From Aquificaceae bacterium (lineage in GTDB: Bacteria; Aquificota; Aquificia; Aquificales; Aquificaceae), in NCBI GenBank assembly GCA_037925075.1, contig JAXSNR010000002.1, positions 288,001 through 352,000 on the forward strand: 64,000 nucleotides of DNA. The letters are read 5' to 3'. Position 1 is the stretch's first letter; the number at the start of each line of letters is the position of its first letter. The notes beneath the pieces are model-generated. The model was not told where the DNA came from, made no database searches, and saw only the letters and a program-made list of their open reading frames with translations. Both the position numbers and the translations under genes were made by a program. Positions 30,998-39,576 of this stretch are shown piece by piece.

Positions 30998-31751
30998 AGA
31001 AGCTGTAAAATCAATGTTATCAGCGGTGGAAAAGAAAGCATCTTTATCTGTTGGAAAAATGCTTATAAGAGGTTTTCTTTCAGGAGCAATTCTTGGGTAT
31101 GCAACTTCTTTGTCTTTTGTCCCTCAATCTCAGGGATTACCACCATTTATAGGTGCTGTTATATTCCCAGTTGGGTTTGTTATCCTTGTTCTTATGGGAC
31201 TTGAGCTTGTAACAGGTAATTTTGCTTTATTTCCAATGGGGTTGATGGCGGGGAATGTCAGCTGGTCAAAAACTCTTCGCAATTGGTTTTGGGTTTATAT
31301 TGGAAACTTACTTGGTGGTGTGGCATATGCTTTCCTCTATACCATTTCTGTTGCTAATTATGATCCTAAGATAATTGAAATACTAAATTCCATAGCATTT
31401 TCCAAAATTGCTTCCTATCAGCAAGCTGGTGGGTTTGGCATCATACTTGCAATGTTAAAGGGTATTTTGTGCAACTGGATGGTTACAGCTGCAACTGCAA
31501 TGGCTTTCTTTTCAACAACCACCATTGGGAAGGCATTTACAATGTGGTTTCCGATAATGGCATTCTTTGCTTTGAAGTATGAACATAGTGTCGTTAATAT
31601 GTTTGTTCTTCCTGCTGCTATAATGGTAGGGTCTCCTAATGCAACTGTGGAAAGCTGGTGGATATGGAATCAAATACCTGTAACAATAGGAAACATCCTG
31701 GGCGCGGTTATGTTTACATCTTTACCGCTTATGACTCATTATAAAAAGTAG
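30981..31751 (+). CDS. Formate/nitrite transporter (FNT) family channel
   Basis: FPVG, ELVTGN, GILCNWMV, YEHSVVNMF, GNILG; SD AAGGAG. Confidence 0.93.
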   Translation: MYVAPEEAVKSMLSAVEKKASLSVGKMLIRGFLSGAILGYATSLSFVPQSQGLPPFIGAVIFPVGFVILVLMGLELVTGNFALFPMGLMAGNVSWSKTLRNWFWVYIGNLLGGVAYAFLYTISVANYDPKIIEILNSIAFSKIASYQQAGGFGIILAMLKGILCNWMVTAATAMAFFSTTTIGKAFTMWFPIMAFFALKYEHSVVNMFVLPAAIMVGSPNATVESWWIWNQIPVTIGNILGAVMFTSLPLMTHYKK

Positions 31752-32031
31752 AAAAAATCTAAATGACAGGAAAAGTAAGAACAATTGCTCTGTCGCAAAC
31801 ATCATAAATTTTAAGGATAAAAGATGAAAATTCTAAAAACAATAAAAAATTCTCCTCCTTTTCCTTCTCTTACTAAAATGTGTAAGTTATATACAACTAC
31901 TAATAACAAAGCTATCTTATCTTTTGTTTCATCTCTCCTCTCTCAAACTATCTGTAAATGGTGATTCCTCAAAATATCCCACTAATTTTAAATTTATTAT
32001 TATAATTAAAATAATTAGGAGGCGGGCTTTT

Positions 32032-32722
32032 ATGAACTTGGTAAAAATATTTGAAGTAGTAAAAGATGAGAAGGGAGCTGAAGAGTTTTTAAGACAAAAG
32101 GGAATTCTTTTGACCTTTGACAGATGTCCATATTGTGGACACCATAAATTTGTAGAGTGAGAAGGAATTTTTTAAAATGTCAAAAGTGCTCAAGAGAATG
32201 GAGCATAAGAAAGGGCTCCGTTCTTGAAAAAATGAAAATATCTTTTTCAAAGTTTATCTTAGCCTTGAAACTTTTTGAGCTTAAGGTTCCTGCATTGAGG
32301 GCTTGCAAAGAACTGGGTGTTGCTTACAATACCATACACAACATCTTTATGCTCATAAGGGAAAGGATATACAAAGAGACTTCGGGGGATGATATTCTTC
32401 AGGGGGAGGTAGAAGCGGATGAGAGCTACTTTGGAGGAAGAAGGAAAGGGAAGAGAGGGAGAGGGTCAAGAGGGAAGATACCTGTTTTTGGTATATTGGA
32501 GAGAAAGGGGAAGGTGAAACTTCAGATAGTGAAAGATGTGACTGGAGAGACTATACTAAGGGAGGTAATAAAGAAGGTGAAGAGGGGGAGTTTGATTTAC
32601 ACGGATAAGTTTAGGAGCTGCGATGGATTGGTGATTTATGGATTTAAGCATGAGCGTATAGATCACGGAAAGAGGTTTGCAAATGGGAGGGCATATATAA
32701 ATGGTATAGAGGGATTTTGGGG
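32032..32722 (+). mobile_element. IS1595 (ISXO2-like) transposase remnant, frameshifted and truncated
   Basis: CPYC..CQKC Zn ribbon split by a frameshift near 32157; VEADESYFGG, RGRG, IYTD, NGIEGFW, after which similarity stops. Confidence 0.88.
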
Positions 32723-32742
32723 CTATAATTATAATCGTATTT

Positions 32743-33300
32743 ATGAATTATGGAATACTAATTGTTTTGTCCCTATACCTCCTTGCCTGTGCGGAAAAAA
32801 CTACGGTTGTAGTGGAAGATACACCACCTCCCGCAAGGCCACCTGGTCTTGTTGTTGCTTCAGAAAAGGCTTTAGAAAACGGGAAAAAACACCTAAGAAG
32901 GGGCAACTGTGGGAAGGCTATACACGAGTTTGAGAAGGCTCTTACTAAAAATCCTAACAACTTTGAAGCTCTGTACTGGCTTGGAGTTGCAGAGGGTATG
33001 TGCGGATATTACCACAGGGCATACGACAGATTTGTCCTTGCTCTAAAGTATTCACCGGATAAGGGCTGGCAGGCAAGGGTTTATGCAACCATAGGTTTAA
33101 CCCTTTTGTACATGGGTAGGGATGATGATGCGGTGGTTTACTTTGAAAGGGCAAGGGCTATTGACCCAAGGAACGACATAGTTATCGCTTACTACGACTG
33201 GGAAGAGCATGAAAGGGGCAAAGGTCCCAAAAAGCACAAGATAAAGAAAAAGCCAAGGGATAAGGAAGGCTTTGAGCTTACATTAAGATGGCTTGATTAA
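32743..33300 (+). CDS. TPR-repeat lipoprotein
   Basis: LLAC lipobox; repeats such as AIHEFEKAL..NPNNFEALYWLG and AVVYFERA..IDP. Confidence 0.85.
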   Translation: MNYGILIVLSLYLLACAEKTTVVVEDTPPPARPPGLVVASEKALENGKKHLRRGNCGKAIHEFEKALTKNPNNFEALYWLGVAEGMCGYYHRAYDRFVLALKYSPDKGWQARVYATIGLTLLYMGRDDDAVVYFERARAIDPRNDIVIAYYDWEEHERGKGPKKHKIKKKPRDKEGFELTLRWLD

Positions 33301-34253
33301 GGTATGCTTTCCGCATATGTTTTGCTTAGCTTGAAAAGCCTTTTTGCCAAAGTCTTGGCTTCTTCTTTTTTCTCATAGTGGGGGTCGTCCAACAAAAAGC
33401 TGTTTACCTTCCCTCTCACGTAAGCCCTGTAGCACTTGAAAAAGGGCAAAAACAGGTCAAACTCCTCATCCTGAGTTATTCTTCTGTACTCATCTTCGTA
33501 GGCCTTTGAAAGGTCTTTTCTTCCAACAAGGTCAAGCTCCATTGAAAGAAAGCACATGTCGTTTAGCATATCTCCACATCTGAACCTGTCGTTAAACTCA
33601 ATGCAGTCAAAAACGCATATACCCTCTTCAAGAAAGGCCACATGCTCAAGCCTTATGTCTCCATGCCCATCTACGATACGCCCATCCCTTATGCGTTTTT
33701 CAAATAGGTCTGCATGCTCCTTGTAAAAGTGCTCTGTTTTTTCCCTTATAAACTCGTAGTCCTCTTTGTCTATGGTTATGCCTACGTACTTTTCCGTTTG
33801 CATGAAGTTTTCATCTGTGTTGAACTTCGTAACCTCTAACCTTCCGAACTCCCCTCTCCTTTCAGCCCTCTTGTGAAACTCCGCTATGTGTCTTGCAAGC
33901 CTTCTTATGTCCTCATCTGAAATCTCTGAAAGCATGTTTTTTAAAAGTCTCTCCTCCGGTATTCTTCTCATCTTTACCGCATACTCCACTGGGTTGGACT
34001 CCTCTTCAATTAAATACTTTCCGTCCGCCTCGCTTATGGGCACCACATCTAAATAAACCCACTTGCAAAGCCTCCTGTTTAATTCAATCTCTTTTTTGCA
34101 GTTTTCAAGCCTTTTTTCCAATGTGGAGTAATCCAAAAAGCCAAAGTTCACGGGCTTTTTTATCTTATAGACCACCTCCTCCAAAAGCAATACCCAGCTT
34201 GTGTGAGTTTGGACAACCTGAGCTTTTAGACTTTTAGCCAACTCCTCAATCAT
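33297..34253 (-). CDS. Aminoglycoside-phosphotransferase-like kinase (COG2187 type), no C-terminal P-loop domain
   Basis: QTHTSWV, YKIKKPVNFGFLDYS, HGDIRLEH, FDCIEFN, YRAYVRGKV. Confidence 0.85.
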   Translation of the reverse strand: MIEELAKSLKAQVVQTHTSWVLLLEEVVYKIKKPVNFGFLDYSTLEKRLENCKKEIELNRRLCKWVYLDVVPISEADGKYLIEEESNPVEYAVKMRRIPEERLLKNMLSEISDEDIRRLARHIAEFHKRAERRGEFGRLEVTKFNTDENFMQTEKYVGITIDKEDYEFIREKTEHFYKEHADLFEKRIRDGRIVDGHGDIRLEHVAFLEEGICVFDCIEFNDRFRCGDMLNDMCFLSMELDLVGRKDLSKAYEDEYRRITQDEEFDLFLPFFKCYRAYVRGKVNSFLLDDPHYEKKEEAKTLAKRLFKLSKTYAESIP

Positions 34254-34617
34254 GTATCAGCTCGCAAAGTCTTTTAAAGTATTCTAACACTTTCGGTAGC
34301 TCCTCGTATATTCTATTGGCAAGTTCTTCTTCGTAGGTGTGGGATGTGAGGTTTCTGTAGTCGCATATCTGAAGCCAGTAGGGGTCATGGTCTATAAGGC
34401 TAAGGGAAAAGGCAAGTCTAAAACAACCTTTTGGAGAGTGGCACTCAAGCCCGTGCACCTTCAGTAAGTAGTCCTTTAGGGACTTCCAAGCAAGGTCAAA
34501 GGCAAACTCAAACCTCTGTATTGCGGAATCCCTTATTATTTCGTTCTTTTCTGGCAAGCTCAAAACCTCTTCAAGCCTTTGCAAAGCCCTTTTAAAATGC
34601 TCAAGCCTTGCACTCAT
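34246..34617 (-). CDS. HEPN domain protein (HI0074 family)
   Basis: DSAIQRFE, SPK, RNLTSHTY (Rx4HxY). Confidence 0.92.
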   Translation of the reverse strand: MSARLEHFKRALQRLEEVLSLPEKNEIIRDSAIQRFEFAFDLAWKSLKDYLLKVHGLECHSPKGCFRLAFSLSLIDHDPYWLQICDYRNLTSHTYEEELANRIYEELPKVLEYFKRLCELIHD

Positions 34618-34918
34618 GAATAACCTCTATCTGTCTTAAGGCATTCCTTTTGAATTCCTCCGATACCCTGTTAAAATCCACAAGGTCCACCTTGTAAAGG
34701 GTTGGTAAGTTCTCTATATCCTCCTCTATCTGTGCCCATTTGAAGGGGTCAATGGGCGGACCCTCTATACCCACATCCACATCAGAACCTTTTCCGCTCA
34801 TGCCTTGTACCCTTGAGCCAAAGAAAAATACCCTATACTTTGAAAGGTCAAGGTGTTTTGAAAGGATCCTAAGAAGCTCCTCTTTTAGCTTTTCTACTGG
34901 ATACCCCTCTAACTCCAT
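34601..34918 (-). CDS. Minimal nucleotidyltransferase (MNT, HI0073-like)
   Basis: FGSRVQGMSGKGSDVD (GSx10DxD), KVDLVD. Confidence 0.92.
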   Translation of the reverse strand: MELEGYPVEKLKEELLRILSKHLDLSKYRVFFFGSRVQGMSGKGSDVDVGIEGPPIDPFKWAQIEEDIENLPTLYKVDLVDFNRVSEEFKRNALRQIEVIHECKA

Positions 34919-34935
34919 CTCTTATAATTTTAGCC

Positions 34936-35907
34936 ATGAGCCAGACGCTGGCTGAAAAGTTTTATTACCTTATGAAGTTGGGAAGGGAGTTTGAGATAAG
35001 GTGCAAAGAAGAGTATCTCAAGGGCAACATTTCGGGCTTTTTGCATCTTGCCATAGGTGAGGAGGCGGTGCATGTGGGGGCGGTGGTGGGCTTTGGGAAG
35101 GGTGACCTCTTTTGTCCCTACCGTGAGCATGTACTGGCACTGGCAAGAGGTATTGACCCCAAGCTTATTATGGCGGAGCTTTTTGGAAAGGCTACAGGAG
35201 TATCCAAGGGTAAGGGTGGATCCATGCACCTGTATGAGCCAAAGATGGATTTTTACGGAGGCAATGCCATAGTGGCAGCACATCTTCCCCATGCGGTGGG
35301 TGCGGCGTACGCAAGGAAGTTGATGGGAGAAAAGGCTGGAGTTTTGTGTATTTTCGGAGACGGTGCCACCAACAACGGTACCTTTTTTGAAGCCATAAAC
35401 ATGGCAAGCCTTTGGGAGGTGCCAGTCCTTTTCCTCTGTGAGAACAACTACTACGCCATAGGGACGCATATAAGCAGGTCTTCTGCCCTCAAGGAACTTT
35501 ATCTTAAGGCAAGGGACTATATGCCCGCGGAGGTGGTGGATGGTATGGATGTGTTTGCGGTCTATGAGGCGGTGGTCAGAGCAAAGCAATACATAGAGGA
35601 GTACGGCAAGCCCTACTTTATTGAGGCATACACCTACCGCTTTGAGGGGCACTCTATGGCGGATAAAGGAGACTACAGGTCTCCAAGGGAGATAGAAATG
35701 TTTCGCAAGAGGGACCCAATAAACCTGCTTGTGGAAAGGTCTCTTAGGGAAGGCTGGCTTACAGAAGAACAGATAAGGCTTATAGACCAAAAGGTGGAGG
35801 CTGTGGTGGAGGAGGCGGTGGAGTTTGCCTTGAGCTCTCCAGAGCCTTCTGAAGAGGAGCTATACACAGACCTTTACTGTGGGGTATGCTCTGATGTTAT
35901 ACCGTGA
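34936..35907 (+). CDS. pdhA: Pyruvate dehydrogenase E1 alpha
   Basis: GFLHL, YREH, GKGGSMH, GDGA..N TPP motif, RFEGHSMAD. Confidence 0.9.
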   Translation: MSQTLAEKFYYLMKLGREFEIRCKEEYLKGNISGFLHLAIGEEAVHVGAVVGFGKGDLFCPYREHVLALARGIDPKLIMAELFGKATGVSKGKGGSMHLYEPKMDFYGGNAIVAAHLPHAVGAAYARKLMGEKAGVLCIFGDGATNNGTFFEAINMASLWEVPVLFLCENNYYAIGTHISRSSALKELYLKARDYMPAEVVDGMDVFAVYEAVVRAKQYIEEYGKPYFIEAYTYRFEGHSMADKGDYRSPREIEMFRKRDPINLLVERSLREGWLTEEQIRLIDQKVEAVVEEAVEFALSSPEPSEEELYTDLYCGVCSDVIP

Positions 35908-36871
35908 TGCCCTAAACTTAGCCCTTGACCATGCCATGGAACATGACAGTAGGGTGGTGGTCCTTGGGGAGGATGTGGGCTTTTACGGAGGAAACTACAA
36001 GGTAACAGATGGGCTTTATGTAAAGTACGGACCAAAAAGGGTTATAGACACACCCATAGCGGAAAACTCCATAGTGGGTACAGCCATAGGAATGGCTCTT
36101 ATGGGGCTTCGCCCTGTGGCGGAGATAATGACAGTGAACTTTGCCATGTTGGTAATGGACCAGTTTGTAAATCAGATGGCAAAGCTAAGGTATATGAGCG
36201 GTGGAAAGCTCATGCTTCCTTTGGTGGTTCGTATGCCTCAGGGTGTGGCAAAACAGTTGGCGTCGCAACACTCCCAAAGCCTTGAACATTTCTTCGCAAG
36301 CGTGCCCGGTCTTTACGTTTTTTCCGCCTCCGACTCCATAAGTGCCTATCATGGGCTTTTGCATGCCATAAGGATGGATGACCCGGTTGTATTCCTTGAA
36401 CATACCCTTTTGTACAGTATGGACTTTCCCTTTGAGTATGTGCGAGATTTTGACCCCTTTAGGGCAAGGCTCTTGAGAGAAGGACAGCATATAACGGTGG
36501 TCTCTTATCTTAAGATGGTTCATGACGTTTTAAAAGCCTGTGAGTGGCTTGAAGAAAGGGATGGCATATCCTGTGAGGTGATAGACCTTGTTTCCTTAAG
36601 ACCTATAGACTTTGAAACCATATACCAGTCTGTGAAAAAGACGCACAGGCTTGTAGTGGTTTATGAAGCTCCAAAAACTCTTGGGCTTGGTGCGGAGGTC
36701 TCCGCAAGGGTTTGTGAAGAGCTTTTCTACTTTTTGGATGCACCGCCCCTTAGGATTGCAGGAGAGGAAGTTCCCATACCCTACAACAGAAAGTTGGAGC
36801 TTATGGCAATACCCACTCCAGAAAAGATATACTCACAGATACTTAGCTGGAGTAAAAGCCATGGACTATGA
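35894..36871 (+). CDS. pdhB: Pyruvate dehydrogenase E1 beta
   Basis: GEDVG, DTPIAE, RPVAEIMT, QHSQ, DDPVVFLEH. Confidence 0.9.
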   Translation: MLYRDALNLALDHAMEHDSRVVVLGEDVGFYGGNYKVTDGLYVKYGPKRVIDTPIAENSIVGTAIGMALMGLRPVAEIMTVNFAMLVMDQFVNQMAKLRYMSGGKLMLPLVVRMPQGVAKQLASQHSQSLEHFFASVPGLYVFSASDSISAYHGLLHAIRMDDPVVFLEHTLLYSMDFPFEYVRDFDPFRARLLREGQHITVVSYLKMVHDVLKACEWLEERDGISCEVIDLVSLRPIDFETIYQSVKKTHRLVVVYEAPKTLGLGAEVSARVCEELFYFLDAPPLRIAGEEVPIPYNRKLELMAIPTPEKIYSQILSWSKSHGL

Positions 36872-38090
36872 GATTCTCATGCCCCAGTTTTCGGATACTA
36901 TGGAAAGGGGGAAGATAGCCCGGTGGCTCAAAAAGGAAGGGGACTATGTGGAAAAGGGCGAAGTCATAGCGGAGATAGAGGCGGAAAAGGCGGTTATGGA
37001 GCTTCAAAGTTTCAAAAGGGGGACTTTGAAAAAAATACTGGCTTTTGAAGGGCAAGAAGTGGAGGTGGGAAAGCCCATAGCCATAATAGAACTGGGCGAA
37101 AAAGTAGAGAAAACAGAAGAGCCAAAGAAAGAAGAAAAGCCAAAGGTTGAAGAGATAAAGCCACCACCTTTAAAAGAAACCAAGCAGAAGATTGAACTCC
37201 CTCCCGGCTTTGCTTCACCTTATGCAAGGCTTTTGGCAAGCGAAAAGGGTATAGATCTGGAGGAGCTTCAAAAAGAAGGCAGATTGCCCTCACCAACCCA
37301 TGCAAGGGACATAGAGGAGTTTGAAAAGGAAAGATACTTTACTCCAAAGGCTTGGGAGCTTCTCAAGGAGTATGACGTGAGCCTACAGGAGCTTCTTAGA
37401 GAGTACCCACAAAAGAAGATAGATGAGGACCTACTTCTTGCCTACGTGGAAAAAAGGGGCATTCCCAAAAGGGTACCCATATCTTCCGTGCAAAAGAGCC
37501 TGATATCAAACCTTTCAAAAAGCTTTCTTGTACCTCACTACCACATATACGAGGTTTTTGACCTTTCCCTAATACCTTGGGACAGGGAGATAACATTAAC
37601 CCACTGGCTTATAAAGGTGGTGGGCGATGCCATGCACTTCTTTGAAAGGCTTAGGGCGGTCTACAAAGAAGACCACTACCTTGTGTACCCCGACTCCAAT
37701 GTGGGTGTTGCCATAGCGGTGGGTGATGAGCTTTACAATCCTGTGGTAAAGGCGGTAAACAAAAAGAGCCTGAAGGAGATAGCCCAAGAGGTCAGAAGCC
37801 TTAGAAAAAAGGCTGAGGAGGGAAGGCTTGAGCTTGAAGATATGAAGGGTGCAACCCTTACCATATCAAACCTTGGCATGTTTGGAATAAGAGCCTTTGA
37901 TGCGGTAATACCTTACGGGCAGGTTTGCATAATGGCGGTGGGTATGCAAGAAAACGACGGGAAGGCACATGTGAGTTTTACCTTTGACCACAGAGTTGTA
38001 AACGGCTTTCATTCAGCCTTGTTTGTAAAGCATCTGAAGGAAAAACTCCTTGACAGGAACTACATAAAGATGCTAAAAAAGGGAGCATGA
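36861..38090 (+). CDS. pdhC: Dihydrolipoamide acyltransferase E2
   Basis: Lipoyl domain MPQFSDTM..EAEKAVME, PSBD-like ASPYARLLA, TISNLG, FDHRVVNG; start placed at MDYEIL. Confidence 0.9.
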   Translation: MDYEILMPQFSDTMERGKIARWLKKEGDYVEKGEVIAEIEAEKAVMELQSFKRGTLKKILAFEGQEVEVGKPIAIIELGEKVEKTEEPKKEEKPKVEEIKPPPLKETKQKIELPPGFASPYARLLASEKGIDLEELQKEGRLPSPTHARDIEEFEKERYFTPKAWELLKEYDVSLQELLREYPQKKIDEDLLLAYVEKRGIPKRVPISSVQKSLISNLSKSFLVPHYHIYEVFDLSLIPWDREITLTHWLIKVVGDAMHFFERLRAVYKEDHYLVYPDSNVGVAIAVGDELYNPVVKAVNKKSLKEIAQEVRSLRKKAEEGRLELEDMKGATLTISNLGMFGIRAFDAVIPYGQVCIMAVGMQENDGKAHVSFTFDHRVVNGFHSALFVKHLKEKLLDRNYIKMLKKGA

Positions 38091-38091
38091 T

Positions 38092-39324
38092 ATGTTTGAC
38101 TACGACGTTATAGTGCTTGGTGGAGGGCTTGCCTATGTGGGTGTGGAGGTCCTAAGAAATGCGGGTTTAAAGGTGGCGGTGGTGGAAAAAGACCCAAACC
38201 ATCTCGGAGGTGTATGTCTTCACGAAGGATGCGTGCCCACAAAGCTTTACCTTTTTGAGGCAAGAAAGGCCTTTGACCTAAAAAGCTCAGCCCTTATCTC
38301 TACAAGGGACTTGAGCCTAAACTTAAAAACCCTTAAAGAGAAAAAGCAAAGGCTTACAAAAGCCCTCAGAGACCAGATAGAAAAGCTTCTAAAAGGTGTG
38401 GACCTCATATACGGAAAGGGAGAGCTTGTAGAGCCCCATGTGGTGGAAGTGGAAGGCAGAAGGATAAGCGGAAGGTTTATCATCATAAACACCGGCAAGT
38501 CCTATCCCCAGAAGCCAAACGGTGATGACCTTTTGGAGATTGAAGAGCTTCCCCAGAGCATTAAACTTGCTGGAGATGACCCAATACTCCTTGAATTTGC
38601 CTGTATGTATGCCCTCATGGGTGTGTCCGTTGAAGCATACTTTGAGGACAAAAGCCTTGATTTTATGCATCCTTCTTTAAAGGGAAGGCTTTTAAAGGTT
38701 TTAAAGGAGCTTAACATACTCTTTAAGCCCCTTTCCGAAGTTCCCACCGATGGGGTGTATTGGCTAAAAAAAAGGGTTCCCAACTCAGAGTGTATAAAGG
38801 TTGGCCTTGCAAGGGATGAATTGGGTCATATATTGGTAGATAAAAGCTACGAGACTTCCTTAAAGGACCACTACGCGGTAGGAGACATAAACGGTATTGT
38901 GGAGCTTGCACATGCTAGCAGGCTTCAGTCTCTTTCTGTGGCACTCAGGCTTACAAAAGGTCAAGGCTTTTTTACACCCAAGTACAAGATTCCCTACGTG
39001 CTTTACACACAACCCCTTTCCTATGCAAAGGTGGGCTTTACAAAGAGGGAGCTTGAGGAGAAAAGAGTGGAGCATGTGGAAAAAAGCGTAAGCCTCAGAG
39101 CCTTTGCGGTAGGAAGCATAAACCACACGGAAGAGGGTATGGCTTTTCTTTACTTTGACAAGAAGGGCTTTTTGCTTGGTGGCGAGATCCTTTCAAGGGA
39201 TGCGGGCGAACTTATATCTGTTCTTACGGTAAGCCTCTTTTCGGAGCTTAACCTTGATATGCTTTCAAGACTTTGCCTACCACATCCCACACTGGGAGAA
39301 ACACTATTTTTGAGACTTTTATGA
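38092..39324 (+). CDS. Dihydrolipoamide dehydrogenase-like E3 with degenerate NAD-binding domain
   Basis: GGVCLHEGCVPTK, AVGD, LAHAS and HPTLGE present; second Rossmann GxGxxG reads AGDDPIL; 410 aa. Confidence 0.85.
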   Translation: MFDYDVIVLGGGLAYVGVEVLRNAGLKVAVVEKDPNHLGGVCLHEGCVPTKLYLFEARKAFDLKSSALISTRDLSLNLKTLKEKKQRLTKALRDQIEKLLKGVDLIYGKGELVEPHVVEVEGRRISGRFIIINTGKSYPQKPNGDDLLEIEELPQSIKLAGDDPILLEFACMYALMGVSVEAYFEDKSLDFMHPSLKGRLLKVLKELNILFKPLSEVPTDGVYWLKKRVPNSECIKVGLARDELGHILVDKSYETSLKDHYAVGDINGIVELAHASRLQSLSVALRLTKGQGFFTPKYKIPYVLYTQPLSYAKVGFTKRELEEKRVEHVEKSVSLRAFAVGSINHTEEGMAFLYFDKKGFLLGGEILSRDAGELISVLTVSLFSELNLDMLSRLCLPHPTLGETLFLRLL

Positions 39325-39390
39325 TTCAAAACATAACCTTTTCAGCACAGATGCACAGAATAAGAGCATCAAGCGTAAGGAGGTGTTATC

Positions 39391-39534
39391 ATGTGTTGTT
39401 TTAGCAAAGAAGAGCTTGAAAAGATAAAAGCCACTGCACAGGAAAAGAAAAAGCTAAAGGAGGCTCTAAAGGACATAAAGCCTTCTGACTTTGAGAAAAA
39501 GGAGGAGAAAGCGAAGATGCTGGCAAGCAAGTAA
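39391..39534 (+). CDS. Small 47-aa protein starting MCC (not in ORF track)
   Basis: Strong SD TAAGGAGGTG just upstream of ATG; MCCFSKEELEKIKATAQEKKKLKEALKDIKPSDFEKKEEKAKMLASK; fills an intergenic gap. Confidence 0.7.
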   Translation: MCCFSKEELEKIKATAQEKKKLKEALKDIKPSDFEKKEEKAKMLASK

Positions 39535-39576
39535 GGGATAACTGTGGCTAACCCTTTTGGTTTATAATAGTGCTTT

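Noticed and set aside
31770..31865. Minus-strand AGGAGGAG followed by a roughly 27-codon TTG ORF
   Set aside because: Too short, weak start, no motif
32150..32165. Programmed frameshift or selenocysteine TGA in the transposase
   Set aside because: The continuation is in another frame, there is no slippery heptamer, and the element is also truncated
32723..32933. Cys-rich C-terminus of the 258-aa transposase ORF as a novel fusion domain
   Set aside because: Out-of-frame run-on into the TPR lipoprotein gene after the transposase truncation
34930..35790. 286-aa minus-strand ORF
   Set aside because: Antisense shadow of pdhA; no recognisable motifs
39325..39390. GATGC/GCATC hairpin as a riboswitch before the MCC ORF
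   Set aside because: Only a 5-bp stem, with no recognisable aptamer consensus
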